A DNA stretch of 64,000 nt from Amoebidium appalachense (GCA_963693365.1 CAVNZM010000014.1:3906001-3970000), one strand, 5' to 3'. Positions 1 to 35,383 are shown, numbered from the stretch's first letter. Numbers and translations are program-made. The notes: generated by a model not told the origin, from the letters alone.

Positions 1-191
1 CCAATCCGATTAGCGCCTGGCATCCGGATTACATTCCAGACTGCTGCCCCACGGGTATATAAGCCACGTCTCTGCCAGGTGCAGACATGGAGTTCAGTCA
101 TGGAGTTAACACACTGAAAGCAGTAAAAAAACGGGTCAGCGCCCAAGCGCGCCACGACGACCCTAGTCACAGCGGACTCTACTTCCAACAG

Positions 192-1089
192 GCTACGGCT
201 GCGCTCTACCCCTCTGGCCGTTTATGCTAAGGGTCCTTTTGGCTGTAGCTGCCTAGCTCGCCACACGTGTGCTTGGTGCCCCGAGCCTAGACGGTTGGAG
301 CAGCCACCGACGACGATGCCCTGTGTAGTCTAAACACCTCGGGCTGCCGTGCCTATGCACACTTACACACACCACACCACGAACCACCACATATATACAT
401 CATTGAGTGCAGTGGTCTTTGAGTAGGTTGGGGCCCTGGACAGCGGCTAACACATCACTGTGAATTGGTGTGAAGGCTTGCCTCCCAAAGTAAGTCTATT
501 ACTTCATTCTTTGATACCACGCACACCGTGACACACGTACACGCGACGCGTGGCTTTACGCACTTGACTAGGATCCGCTGAGAATCCTTGTAGTACATCC
601 CTCTTTTGGGCAATACCCGACTGTACGGGTATGGCCCAAAAGAGGGATGTAAAAGGAGTACAGTCGGGTATTGCCAAAAAGAGGGATGTAAAAGGATTCT
701 CAGCGGAGCCTAGTCAAGTGCGTAATTACAGCCACGCGTCGCATGTACGTGTGTGTGCGTGGACAGTATCAAAGAATGAAGTAGTAGACTTTCGTTGCGA
801 GGCAAGCCTTCACACCAATTCACAGTGATGTGTTAGCCGCTGTCCAGGGCCCCAACCTACTCAAAGACCACTGCACTCAATGATGTATATATGTGGTGGT
901 TCGTGGTGTGGTGTGTGTAAGTGTGCATAGGCAGCCCGAGGTGTTTAGACTCAGGGCATCGTCGTCGGTGGCTGCTCCAACCGTCTAGGGTCGGGGCACC
1001 GTGACCAAGCACACATGTGGCGGGCTAGGCAGCTACAGCCAAAAGGACCCTTAGCATAAGCGGCCAGAGGGGTAGAGCGCAGCCGTAGC
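192..1089. repeat. Large imperfect palindrome: two ~435-bp arms (192-626, 658-1089) with a ~31-bp spacer
   Basis: The left arm gctacggctgcgctctacc...caatacccgactgtac is the reverse complement of the right arm gtacagtcgggtattg...ggtagagcgcagccgtagc, with scattered indels. The spacer repeats the inner arm sequence (aaaagagggatgtaaaagga). Confidence 0.92.
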
Positions 1090-2342
1090 TGTGCTAGAAA
1101 TAAAGGGTAGAGAGAAGGAAAACAACAGGTGTTGTATGATAGAGCGGGTTGATGAAGCACCAGTATAGGTGTCAACCTTAGTAACGGCGGCACAGCACAC
1201 TTTGATCTGTAGAAGTACTTGTCTTGAAGAAGTGGTGATGAACTTGTTCTTGGTCTTGCTTGCGTGTGCTGTTTTATACCTTCGGATCTCCCACAAATTG
1301 TGTGACAACAGGGATCTCAGCCAACCGTTACTCACTTACCGGAGCCTGATCTGGACAGCTAAATTGCTAGTCCAATCACAGAGCCCGTCTACCTCAATCT
1401 CTTGATGCACAATACAGTGACTCGCGCAGTCGCCTGCCAACGGGTGACACACGGGATACCGCCGCACGCAGATCATTGAACCGCGCGTGCCAAATCATGA
1501 TATGACGGTGCGTCTGCCGTGTGGACGCGAGTGTCACATGTCAAGAGTGACACTTGGTGATCTGGTGATCCGCACATGATCATCACGTGTGGACGTGAGT
1601 GTCACATGTCAAGAGTGACACTTGGTGATCTGGTGATCCGCACATGATAATCACACGTGTTTTCACAATATAGCATGATCATGCACTTGCGGACACATGT
1701 CTGGTGCTGTGATCGTTTATTTTGGAGCAGTTCCATAACAGGTAGAGCGCAGCCGTAGCCGTACTAGAAATAAAGGGGTAGAGAGCAGGAAAACAACAGG
1801 TGTTGTATGGTGGAGCGGGTTGATGAAGCACCAGTATAGGTGTCAACCTTAGTAACAGCGGCACAGCACACTTTGATCTGTAGAAGTAATTGTCTTGAAG
1901 AAGTGGTGATGAACTGGTGAACTGGTCTTGCTTGCGTGTGCTGTTTTATACCTTCGGATCTCCCACAATTTGTGTGACAACAATTGTTGGGGATCTCAGC
2001 CAACCGTTACTCACTTACCCGAGCCTGATCTGGACAGCTAAATTGCTAGTCCGTCTACCTCAATCTCTTGATGTACATTCGATGCACAATATAGTGTCGT
2101 GCGCAGTTGCCTGCCAGCGGGTGACACACGTGATACCGCCGCACGCAGATCAATGAACTGCGCGTGCCAAAACATGATATGGGTGTGTCCGCCGTGTGGA
2201 CGCGAGTGTCACATGTCAAGAGTGACACTTGGTGATCTGCACATGACAATCACACGTGTTTACATAATATAGCATGACCATGCACTTGCGGACACATGTC
2301 CTGGTGCTATGATCGTTTATTTTGGAGCAGTTCCATAACAGG
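1071..2342. repeat. Direct tandem duplication (~670 bp + ~600 bp), with an internal ~65-bp duplication in copy 1
   Basis: Both units start ggtagagcgcagccgtagc (1071, 1741) and end ttggagcagttccataaca. The segment gtggacg(c/t)gagtgtcacatgtcaagagtgacacttggtgatctg occurs twice in copy 1 and once in copy 2. Confidence 0.92.
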
Positions 2343-2520
2343 CTAAATCACATTTCAATTGCAAATGAGCATATATCTGCTTAGACCGTATCTGTCTGTT
2401 GATGTCGTGAACTGGCCACAAAAGAGTTCCTGCATTCCCCCATTCACCCAAATTCCATCCTTATACGCTAAGACAACCAAATAGCACTCAGTACTACAAA
2501 CATATGCTTCATAATTTCCC

Positions 2521-23396
<20,876 letters not shown>

Positions 23397-24487
23397 CTGG
23401 TGTAAACAGTTGCAGAGTTTGGGCTGCCTCACAGACTTCCCCAAAACATGACCATACTTGCTCTCATTCAAGTGCCTTGCAATTGAGATCCAACAAAGGA
23501 CCTGGATGATTAAGGGGATAGACCCACCTAGCTATACATTGAGGTTATAATAATGCTAGAACCTCTCCAAATATTACGAGGGGGATTAAGTGGAAAATGA
23601 GAAGGGTTCCGGGCCTCGAAATGCACCGCAGCACTGATGGTTGCCCTTCGAAGCTCTGCCTTCGAAACATGAACTCTGAAACTTTAAATTGTTAAGTTGC
23701 TCAATAAACGAACCAACATTCCTTCTGCTTTTTTCCTTGTATTCACTATGTGTTTTTGTATACTATTCTTATATGGAGGCAAAACATAGGGTCTTTTTAT
23801 TAGCTCTAAGCTAAACAAGAAACACCAACATGTCAGTCAGCATACATGTGTGTCTTGATGTCACTTCGTGATCCAGATCCAGTGGTGCGTTTGTGTCAAA
23901 GCGATTTCAGAGGGCCAAAAATCCTAAAAATAGTAGCCGACCTCTAACTAAATGCTATTTTTGGACCAAAAAGCCACAAAAACACATTCCAAAAAAGGCA
24001 GGTGGCAGCTGATTGGCTTAAACGGCACCACCCTTTTGAGCAAATTATTCGCCATGATCATGATCCAAGGCCTCGGAGGCCTTGTCATGATCTCAGATTC
24101 CCCCGGGCTGAGCCGCTGGCCCGCTGAGTACATCCAGTACATAGTATACAGTAAGGCTGAGCATCTTCAAATGCTTGTTTTTTTTTTTTTTGTTGTTTTC
24201 CTCCCCTCGCTTTTCCAAACAAAAAAAACCGTGTAGATAATTCGTGCTTGCTTCTGCTCTGACCGAGTTCCAAGGAGATCATGCTTAACACGGGCATGGT
24301 GATCAAGGTGCTTCCATGCAGATCTTCCGGCGCGGCAGGTGTGGTTTGAACTCAAACATCTCTGTCTGCAGTTGCAGATTTACACCACCATAATGCTTTG
24401 ACCATTAGTAAACCAGATGCCGTACCGCCTGGGAAGGAACAACCCTATGGCCGACCTACCCTCATAACGAGCAAACCCCTACCTTTC

Positions 24488-24541
<54 letters not shown>

Positions 24542-24907
24542 TTCGATCCCATCTTGGGCTCTTTTTTTTTCTTTTTCTTTCTTCTATTCTTTTTTTTTGT
24601 TGTTGTTGACCGGATGCATCTTGAGACATGAGATCTGTGCAACATGTTCATCAGTGCCCCCTTGTCACTAACGCCTTTAGTAGTAGTTGCAGGCAAGCAA
24701 GCACACATACACCAGGTCCTGAGTGCGTACACACAACCACCAATAGCCACACAGCACTCACACACACGCACACACGTATGCACACACGCATGCACGCAGG
24801 CAGGTACACAAACACGCGCGCACATGTGCACACACAATCACTCGGACACACAGAACCTATTTGCAAACCAGGAACCAATAGCCCGGTTTGTGCAAACACT
24901 AAAGAGG

Positions 24908-25063
24908 TGTTCTACGAACGAACTAGTTTACCGTTAGAACTTGAACGACCCCCAAAGGGGAAAACGAAGGGTTGTTCCTTCCTTCCTGTAGCCCGGCTAT
25001 ATAAACTAGTTGACCTAAGCAAAAATAAACTATAGCTACAAGCTACCCGAACAGGGATAAACA
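24908..25063 (+). mobile_element. Possible short solo-LTR-like remnant
   Basis: TGTT...AACA ends with internal TATATAAA and AATAAA. No convincing TSD. Confidence 0.25.
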
Positions 25064-26006
25064 CTTGTTTGCTCCATTTTTTATTTTTTTTAATAAATTC
25101 AATGATCCGGATGGTATTACACTACAGTAACACACTGTGTGGTATCATCATAAATCTTCGGACTCCCATACCCACCCCCGGAGCCCCCCCCCCCCCAACC
25201 ACCCTACCCACCCCCCTACCCACCCACCCTCCTCCCCTCATCTACCTGCCCCCTCCCCCCCCCCCCCCCCCCCCCCCCCGTCTCTCACGCATCATCCCCC
25301 CCCCCCTTTTTTTTTTTTTTTTTTTTTTGCGAGAGGCTTAGTGATGCATGCATGCAAAAAATTACACACGGCAAACATGAGTACCCTACATTCGGATATA
25401 TGCCAGCTCTAACCCAGTTTTTGTACCTTTGTCAGTTGGAAGAATAAAGAATATTCTGCATTTTGAGTCAGCCCAACCTGCTAGCTCCTCGGAGTCCCTA
25501 GCCACACATGTACATATTGAAACTTAACACGTCTATGCCAAAACTACATAGTAATGTACCTCCCTGCGGCTTCGAACTGGGGGCACAAGGTTGGGGCTAA
25601 CATCTGGTATAATGACATGGGCACACGTGAACATCATCATGCACAACAGAAGAAACTTTGGTAAACCCCTGACTAACAAGGGCACGTGTGAATCCTCTGA
25701 TCAATTTCAAGCAAAAATGATCCCCTTCCCGACAGCATGATCTTTCCACACCGACTTATTCCGATCCCTAAAAGTACTCCTGACTTTCATCCTCATGATG
25801 AGCCTACTAGCTAATTAGCAAGGAAGACAAGAAGGCCTTGCTAGCTAGCTGCTGGATCCACAGCGCCCCCAATTGCAGTTTTGTTGTAAGATATAAATTT
25901 TCTTTGAGTTTAAACAGCAGCACGGTTGAAACGATATCGAAGTGAGGTTGGTACCGTTGGTAAATGTACGAGGCTTTGTTAGGACCCCCTCCCCCCCCCC
26001 CCCCCT

Positions 26007-26089
<83 letters not shown>

Positions 26090-26545
26090 GTGTTTGTGTG
26101 TGTGTGTGGGTGGATCCGGGGGGAAGGGGGGAGGGAGGTGGGGAAGGGGGAGAGGATTCCTCGCGACTGCATGCGCAGCTGCCAGCCGTCTTTTCATGCC
26201 AGGTGTGGTCCTAGGTATACTGTGCTGTAGGTACATGGTACATACGTGTGCGACCGGATCTCTTATGCCCATATATATGCATATTTTCAACTAGTACTTT
26301 GCGAGACGTATCTTAGCTCAGTTACGTGTACCAAAGAAAACCCCCATGGGCTTCAACTGTTACGTCCAATCGTCAGTGCACACGGGCTTTTGGCCCGGGA
26401 CTGTGAGGGGAAATCGTGTATATCGGACAAGACCTTTTGATTACTGATTGGAGTTGCCTGTGCTTCTCATCTTTTAATTCTTGCATATCATGGGTGTGTG
26501 TGTTTGTGTGTCTGCGCGCGCGTGTGTGGCTTACTGCGTGTGTGT

Positions 26546-26578
<33 letters not shown>

Positions 26579-27459
26579 CACAACGAAATCACATCCAACA
26601 ACCCACAATAACTCTCCCTATTGCATCATGCTTTTCACCATTTGTAGGTTTTCTATATAGCATATTGACTGCAGTTCATTATTGGAAAAACTCGAGTTTT
26701 CATTAACTCCGTTAACTTTCCTGCATTTGTGTGTGTGTGTGTGTGTCTCTGCGGGTGTGTCAGGGGCCTCCGGGGGGGGGGAGGGGAGGAGATGAAGGGA
26801 GGGAACGATAAAATCAAATCCGGAACAGCCCACAGCAACAGAAAGCCTTGATCAGCCATCGACTCCGCCTAATGCATAATGCTCTTCCCCGTTATAAGGA
26901 CTTGTATCACATTAGCTGCAGCTCAACTGCAGGCTCTTGTATTTTATCGGCAGATTAGCCAACGTTTTCGTTTCATAGTCAATATTTCGATGATACTTCA
27001 GATTCCTACGGATGCATACACAAAATCCTAAAATGTCCTTTTGCGGAACAAAACGGGGGGGGGGGGGGGGGGGGCAGCTAACGTAATGCTGCATTCTAAT
27101 CATATTTAAACTATTTGGTGTTTGGGGATAAGGACAACAACACAAAAGTAATATGAAAAAGAAAAGGGGGGTTACGGAGAACAAAATAGCCATACGGAAA
27201 CTGCAAAACACTGAATTTTGATCGACATACGACGAAAAACGACATTCACATACAAGGAGAGTGAAAAGGGGGGAGAGAATAATTTCAACAGAAAAACAGC
27301 CCTGTGGGTGTGGTAGCCACACGAACCCAAAAAACGTGCATACTCTGGTTCTTATTTTCATGTACATAGCCCTGGCTGGACTCTATTTCGACAGACTATG
27401 TACATTATATTCTACACATTCTTTCACAGGCAATACTCAGTCACACTCGTCTAATCTAC

Positions 27460-29070
27460 GCCGCGCACTTCTTGTGGCAGACTCCTCCACACCCGGGCTC
27501 GGCACACTTAAGACCCGTCGTAGACCCCCCCAAAGATGCCCCCAAACGCCTTACGGCAGTGCCCGCACTTGTCCTTCTTCGTCAGGCTGACGGCCATCCA
27601 CGTATGCACGTGCTTGCTTTCCTTGTGCGCTGTGGGGAGGGGCTCAGAAACAGAAGTTTGAACGACGGTTGGAACCGCCGCCTCCACCTCCCCCTCCGCA
27701 GCCATCGCCAACCTGGGCCGTTCCCGAAACGACCGCCGAAGGCTATTTGCAGGAATATACACGGGCTCCCCCGACGACTCGCTCCCGCGGCTCGAAGTGT
27801 CGCTTGCAAGGTTCGATGAAATGCTGTGCGCCATGTTTTGCATCAGCTGCCCCACAGAGTTGGAACGACGCATCGCCTCAGCCGTTTGAGTGTGAGACCG
27901 CCGACGGCCGATGGCAGCTGGGGCAGACTTCACCGACGCTGGTTGGGAAACTGCTCGGTTGAACCCCGGGGCATTGGGGTTGTACGTTTCGAAATCGTCA
28001 ATCAACACCTGAATGTAATGGTCTCGGATAACACGAGCCAACTGGTAGAATACAGTGACGCAACGTGGGGAGGTAGCGGTTGCCTCGACGAACTCACAGT
28101 TCCATTCACGAACACGTTTAATGTAGCCCTGAAGCCGTGCCTGACGTTCACCTGCACTGCCCAGAGCGCTGGAGGGGGTATCCCCACGTGCGCCGACAAC
28201 GACTATCGGGCTGCGGTTGGGGCCACGTTGAAGCTCAATGGTGTTACGAATCTGGCACACTTTCTCGAATGTTTCGGGACGCTCGACGTCAAAGACAAGC
28301 AGGAATCCGTGCGCTATCTCGCAGTAGTGGTTGTGACGGTTCCGAATCGAGCCAGACGTGTCCACGAGTTCGATAGTGCAAGAGCTGCTGTCAAGCTGCA
28401 CAGTCTTTCTTGACCTGTTCTCGGTGGTCGGGTAGTATTCCTCGAGAAACAGGCCCTCTACAAACCGTGTTACCAGCGCGCTTTTCCCGCACCTCGCTGC
28501 ACCCATAACTACAATACGAATGCTACCGTTACCGATTAGCTCGCCGAGGTCCTTCCCCTCCCACGCTTTCAACATTGTCTGTTTTGCCTTCTCCATCTGC
28601 GCCTGAATGTTCGGCATGGACTGACTGCGACTAAGTGCCCTAGACAACGTTTGCTTGGCGCTAGCAGTGCGGTGCAGCCCCGGCAAAGACGACACCCTAT
28701 TCGCACTACCGCCTACCGTCGACGTGTCCAGCTGCCCGCTGTGCATACTGTGCATGCTGGGAAGCACCACCGAACGGCGAAACGACCTGCCAAGAGAACC
28801 TGTGCCATCTTTCTGCCCGTGTAACCTTAACTGCCGTTTTGGTGCACGTTGCAAGGCAATCAAATCCGAAGGGATCTCTGTGGGTCTGATTAATGCCTCG
28901 GTCCAACGCCTACTAGAATCTGTATTGCTGTCACTGCTACTAGTGTCATTGCTTGTGGATGTGCGGAGCGGTCGACTATGAAGGTCGACGCCCTGTGAGG
29001 AATCCAACCTCCCTGCCCTTGCATCGTGAAGTGAGGAGAGGGAGTGGACTGGCTGAACTGCGCTTAACAT
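27460..29070 (-). CDS. Long exon: Ser-rich N-terminus + atypical Ras-family GTPase domain + C1 (phorbol ester/DAG-binding) domain; probably the first coding exon of the RA/ANK gene
   Basis: G1 GAARCGKS, effector YYPTTE, G3 DTSGS, G4-position GARGD, G5-position EATA. C1 first half HTWMAVSLTKKDKCGHC. The second half GLKCAEPGCGGVCHKKC follows in a shifted frame across the C7 run at 27525-27531. Candidate donor at 27459-27458. Confidence 0.85.
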
Positions 29071-30389
29071 GGTTGCCTACGTGAATGCTACGAGCGTAAA
29101 CCACCCTTGTATGTAGCTGTCTAGCCTTGAATAAGGTTGTTGCTAGCAAAAAGAACTGGCCGTCATGTTTGTGCTCCCTAGCTGACAAAACTTGGGAGGG
29201 AGCGAACAAAAGTGGATGGCACGCTACGGGTGCCACTGCGATAATGCGGGTCAAGAGTCGGTGCCACTCACTTTTACCCCATCCTTTGGGGCCGATCTAA
29301 CATGAGATCTCCCATCATACCAATCAGCAGTAAGATTTGACCACCCAAAGCCGCATGCCAAATAGCATTTTTTACCTAGATATCCACGAAAAAAAATCTA
29401 TCGCTTGTTTCTAAACTGTGCATTTTGGCTGCAGTTATTTTTGTATGTAAACGGGCCCCCAAAATAATTCCTCTCATCGGGAAGCTCGTAATAGCTCAGA
29501 GTATAAGCTTTCTATTTTTCCTTTACCCTACTCAGTACTCGCTATATGATTGGGTAAGACTTTGAACTGTTTTTCTCAGTATGATTGGTTAATGTTTCTT
29601 ATAGTAACACGTGTCTGTGATATTAATCCAATCAACCGATGTATTGTGTGGGCCACTTTGGCTTATCTACCCGTTATGAATTCTTCGAGATCCGGCCTAA
29701 ACCCGGACACACCATATTCTTCTACATGTTACTTGTTACGGGTATGGTATATATGCACGCGTTATCGTGCTGACAAAATAAAGTGCAGTTGTGTCGTAAT
29801 GCATGACGGGTTTTCGTAAACAATTTTCCACCCGTGCACTGTTTATGTGTACAGTGGTGATATCGGATCACCAACCAGAAATGGCACACACAACCGTACC
29901 GGGCCGTGAATGGCCCGTGTTCGCACTGCAGTGATCATGCCACGGTGTGAAGCAGGGCCTGCAGGCCTCACGAGATCGACTGATCATCGACATGTACTAG
30001 TAGGTACATTCAACAACTCGCACCGTGGAGCTCTCTGGCGCGCCAGGCTGCCTGACGTTGGTCATCTCACTGGCAGCATTCCGATGCTTTGGCAAACTGT
30101 CGATATCAACACGGCGTGAAGTCACTGCGTGACTGCAGTTGGCCATCTTCAAGGTACACACCGGAAACGAGTCATGTATAGACAATATTCAGGAAGAAAT
30201 CAGGGGAGAAAAGATCTTTATTGTGCATGTAATCACGGCTTCTAATATGTACACATCCGAGTTCTGAATTGAAAATTGCAATTGCCGCAGTTGCAGGGCG
30301 TGGCTGACCCCACGCATACGCCACATGTTCACGGACCAGCCGCTGAGGCTATCACAAAAAGGTGGGAAAAGATCTATGTCACCGGGTAA

Positions 30390-30890
30390 ATAGCCAATCG
30401 CTCTCCGCATTTTATTTGATTGGCCAACAGAGAAAGGAATGCAGGGTTCTAATATGACGTCACGTGTGATGTACCTTGTGAAAAATTTTGAGGCTCCCCA
30501 CGCATCTCGCTGTTGTGCACATTGTGCTGATCTCAAAGTTTTCTGATAGTGGAGCTCCCACACAAAATAGTTCAATGAAATATATATCAGAAGCCATTAG
30601 TTAGCGATGGGCTGATATCCTGGCCTAAGTGTTTTTCTTTCGGTGACCAATTCACACGAATAGTGCTTGCTTTATCCACATGCTTCATGATACCGTTTTA
30701 TGGCCAATAGCTGCCTTTGGGAGTGAGTCCGAGTGACCACACGTGGCGATCTTTTTCCCTCAGGCTGGCGGTGCTGCGAAGGAATGAGCAGCCAATCAAA
30801 AGGCTCGCCCAATCGTATTCTACGAAGTAGCAGACATCCGCAAATGTGATTGGTAAAAGTTTATGAACTCCCGTCTGATTGGCTGACCTT
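30390..30890. promoter_or_regulatory. CCAAT-box cluster plus CRE/E-box composite upstream of the Ras-C1 exon
   Basis: CCAAT/ATTGG at about 30394, 30419, 30792, 30809, 30849 and 30878. TGACGTCACGTG at ~30455. The region lacks microsatellites. Confidence 0.45.
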
Positions 30891-30987
30891 TTACATCACA
30901 TGCCGGCGTAGTGCCTCGTTTTAACCTTTCATACAGTACTGTATAAGTTTCTTTTGCATTATATTTTTCTAAAAAGGAAGAAACAAA

Positions 30988-31284
30988 CTACATACGCCAA
31001 GTTTTATGCGTGGCTGCATACGTATCATACACCGCATGCGAGTTTCGATCGAAGTCCGCAGGATCGGGCGTCGTGACACGGGGCCAAGACCAAGCGCGGG
31101 GAGCCCTCGTGAACAACGTCCCCAACACACAAGTTGACACAACTGTGGATTGCAAAAACTTGAAGTAGGAAACTGACTCATGCTGGAACCTGGCTGGCCT
31201 CAACGAACTGTGCTCGTGTGTGCGTGTGGCTGTGTGCATGCGACTGGTCGGTTGTACGTAGGGCTAAAATAGCCCTATGTAGAC

Positions 31285-31336
<52 letters not shown>

Positions 31337-33119
31337 GTATTGAATGCATGGCCCGTCTCTCTAGATTATACTGGATAGAGATCTATGGATAGGAGGTATG
31401 GTCAAACCCCCCCCCCCCCCCCACCGGGCCTCCACCCCCCCCCCCCCCCAATCCCTCTTCTAAACCGCGGCTAAATGTATGATCTAAATAGATGACGATT
31501 GACAGATCGCCCAATGGCAGGATCCAGGGCTAAAAGGGCTAGTTTTGCCACGTGATTTGTTCGGTCAAGGCTGGTGTGTATTTGGTGCGTATTGGTGTGC
31601 TTGTGCACGTGTGTGTAGTGTGCGCGTGTGTGCGTGTCTGCATGGGTACGATATTTGAAGGCTTGTGCGACGGCGTGTGACGTGTGACGATATCGATGTT
31701 GCTGCACATGCACGTGCTGTTGCATGCTGTCACACGGTGCACGTGCCGCGACAGTGTGCGTGTGTGCGTGTGCGCGTGTGTGTGCGTGTGCGTGTGCGTG
31801 CGTGTGTGACACATTGTGTGTGTGTGTGACAGTGTGTGTTTGCGCACAAGTGCGATCGCGCGGCGCGCGCGCGTGTGTGTGTGCGTGCCTTCCACGAAAT
31901 CGATGTTTAAATTTGTATTTGTGTGTGCTACGGTCTTCAAGTGTGTGGTATTCTGTACGTGTGTGTGCCTGTGTCTGCTTGTGTTTGCGTTGTACGTCTG
32001 TGTGTGCCCGTGTTATTTTTCTTTGTGCCCTAGGCCTGTACGTGCATAGCAATAGATGCATGCATATGTGCGACACGGTAACATGTGTACATGTTTGCTT
32101 GCTGCCAACTATAACACCAGACGGATGTACAACGGTGTGTGCGCATGCATTATTGTTATTGTGTGCGTATGCAGTATGTGTTACATTTAAACTTTGTTAT
32201 ATATTGCCGTAAAACACCAGCATCGACAGAAATTTTTAGGGCTCGAATCAGTTTTTATCAGACGAAAGTACTCAAGAAACAGTACCCATATAGCAGTTAT
32301 ACAAAGTGAAAACAGCGATCCGGCACTCACGCACCAAGGACCCCTTTCTAATACATTTTGTGACGAAAGACACAGCAAACACGGCCGTGAAAACTGTCAA
32401 TCCAAATATGACCCCCCACAAACAATTCAGCATTACCCAACTAAACTCTGACAGTAATCAACTAAATTTTGTTGCAGTTTGAAAGTTTTTTTTTATCATT
32501 ATCTAGCCGCACCACCCCTCTACCCAGATGCGGTAATGTATCCTGCTCAATCCACATGAAACCCCACGGGATCACAAAAATCCATTTCAGTTTCCCACCG
32601 AATATCAACTGCCCGTGACCTCGGACCAATGAATCAGCTGAACTGTATTGGTCGCTACCAACACACACTATGTGGTATACTAGGCAAAATCATTAAACAA
32701 TATCGTCATCAAAAAGGCAACAAAACAAGCCTTGCGAAAATTTAGCTATAGAGGCTCAATTTGACAATCTCAGAGAACTCATAAGTTTCTCCATTCCTAC
32801 ACTCCTCCACACAGAGTTCAGTCCATCACCGTTATTCAAGCCACTAACTAATGGAAGAATTGCTCCACCTTGCCAAATCCCTGTATTTATATTTTCTACC
32901 AACAGCAACGTTATTATTCACCCCAATCCAAAATTCCTATTGATAATACCCGAAGATATACCTCTGTCATAATCCCAAGGTGGACAAAGATCCAATATTC
33001 GGAGCGTATATATCGGCAAGTCCGGCCGTATATGTTGCCACTGTTGGTGGGAGATTTCATGCCCAACAGATGCCCAGGCGGGTGTCGGAGTGAGATGCAC
33101 GGTCACTGAGGGTTGGAGG

Positions 33120-33188
<69 letters not shown>

Positions 33189-33482
33189 GCAGGAAAAGGG
33201 CAATGCAAGGGGGGGGGGGAGGGGGGGAGGGTTGGGATTGGGGAGGCGGTGTTGTATGCACCTTGGGTGGTGGTGATGGTAATGTGCATATGTGTGTTCA
33301 TAGCACTGTGGTTAGATGGGGGGTTGTGGTGGCGCTGGTGGTGGTTGCGCGTGTTTGTGTGTTTGTGTGTGTGTGTGGGGAGGGGGAGAGGGGCGGGCGG
33401 GCGGGCGGGCGGGTGGGCGGGCGGGGGCTATGCATTCTTTGTGCAGGGACGGTCGTGTGTAGGTGTGTGCGCGGGGCGGAGG

Positions 33483-33518
<36 letters not shown>

Positions 33519-33854
33519 GGGGGGGGGGGGGGGGAGGGGGTGGTGGTGAGAGAGAGACCTCTTACACTGAAAAAAAACCAAAAAGTGACAGCAAGATATC
33601 GAAGCTTTATCGAAACCGATCATCGAGGACCAATTCCTCTCCCCCCTCCCCCCCCCCTCTCCCCACACCCCCCTGCCCACCCCCTCCCTCCCCTCTCCCC
33701 CCCAAAACACACACACACATGTACACGTTTTCTTTCGAAGTCCCCCCCCCCCCCTTGCCCCACACCCTCCCCTGCCCCCCCACCACACACTTTCCCCCCC
33801 CCCTTCTTTCTTTCCCCCTTTCCTCTTTCTTTATTTTGGTGGTTGTGGTTGTGG

Positions 33855-33923
<69 letters not shown>

Positions 33924-34352
33924 TGTGCGCGCGCGCGTGTGTTGGGGGGGGGGGGGGGGGGGGAGGGGGGTTTTGAATGCGTCAAAAAGTACGAAGTACA
34001 CAAGAACAAACGGATAACACGATGCAGAATGCAAGCCATACATAAAGAGTATGCATAATAAGCAGAGCCCATCCTCAGGGGGGGCCCACGTCATCCACAG
34101 TACCCGAGTTTCGACCTATTCCCCTCGTTAACGAAACCCAACTCAGATACTGTTTCACTTGAACATGAGTAGGTCACCCGTCTTGATCAGAGACGAGCAG
34201 GGTTGCTTATGCAGGCAAGGGCAGTGGGAAAGGCCGGGGGTTAAAGTTGCAGCAGTAAGCAGGGGGGGGGGGGATATACCAGTCTTCTTGGCCGGCCCTT
34301 TGTATGGAGGAGGAGCCATTGGGGGGGCCCTCATAGATGCAGTCTTGGTCTG

Positions 34353-34409
<57 letters not shown>

Positions 34410-34422
34410 TGATCGAGTGAGT

Positions 34423-34459
<37 letters not shown>

Positions 34460-34466
34460 TGATCGA

Positions 34467-34502
<36 letters not shown>

Positions 34503-34816
34503 ACGTGTCTGTCGTGCATGGGCACCAGTATGTGTGTACGTGTACCTGTCCGTGTCCGTGTGCGTGTATGTGGTCGCGTGCATCCATGTTTGTGCCTTTG
34601 CACCTATGTGTGTATGGGAATAGTCCCCGTGTGTTCAGTGCGTGTGCGCGCATCACGTGTATGCGCCCGTGTGGGAGTACCCGTGCGTGTGTGTGTTGCT
34701 GGAATCAGGGTGCATGTGACACAGTGGCGTATTGGGAAAGAAGGCAAAATGGAGTCAGTAGTATGGGACAAAAAAGAAATCGCTGCCCTACCTTGACAAA
34801 GACAAAAACATTGCCG

Positions 34817-34853
<37 letters not shown>

Positions 34854-35383
34854 TATCTCTCCCCCCATCCCCTCCCCCCCTCTCCATCTCTCTAACCCCC
34901 CCCCTTACCCCCCCCCCCCTACCCCCCGGCTCTCCCCCTGTCCCTCCCCCTCTCCCTCTCTCCTTCCCCCCCTCCGTCCCCTCCCTTTACCCCTCCGCAC
35001 GCCCACACAGCCACACCACCCAGCCCCAAATACACACACACACACACACACAGTGACGCAATATTCGTGAAGGCTACAAATGGTGTGTCAGTCTAGCAAA
35101 GGACCCCGCAATCCAATGAGCAAGCTAAGCCTGAACACTCCCACAATCCAACCCATAACCCTAATTCTTTACCTTATGCAGTCCATAAAAACACCGTAAC
35201 GTATTTAACGACAGCCCCCCCCCCCCCCCCCCCCCCCCCAATGAAAATAAATAAATAAAAATAAGAAAAAAAAAGATTAGTTATTTTTCTAAGTTATGCA
35301 ACAAAACCCACCACTGTGACTGGAGGCTTGGCAGCCGTCGCCTCTGGCTGTGAAGGTGCTGCCCCTTCAGGCTGGTCGGCAGG

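Noticed and set aside
1071-1110. tRNA or tRNA-derived SINE (GGTAGAGCGC resembles a D-loop/A box)
   Set aside because: No B box or T-loop (GTTCRA) and no cloverleaf.
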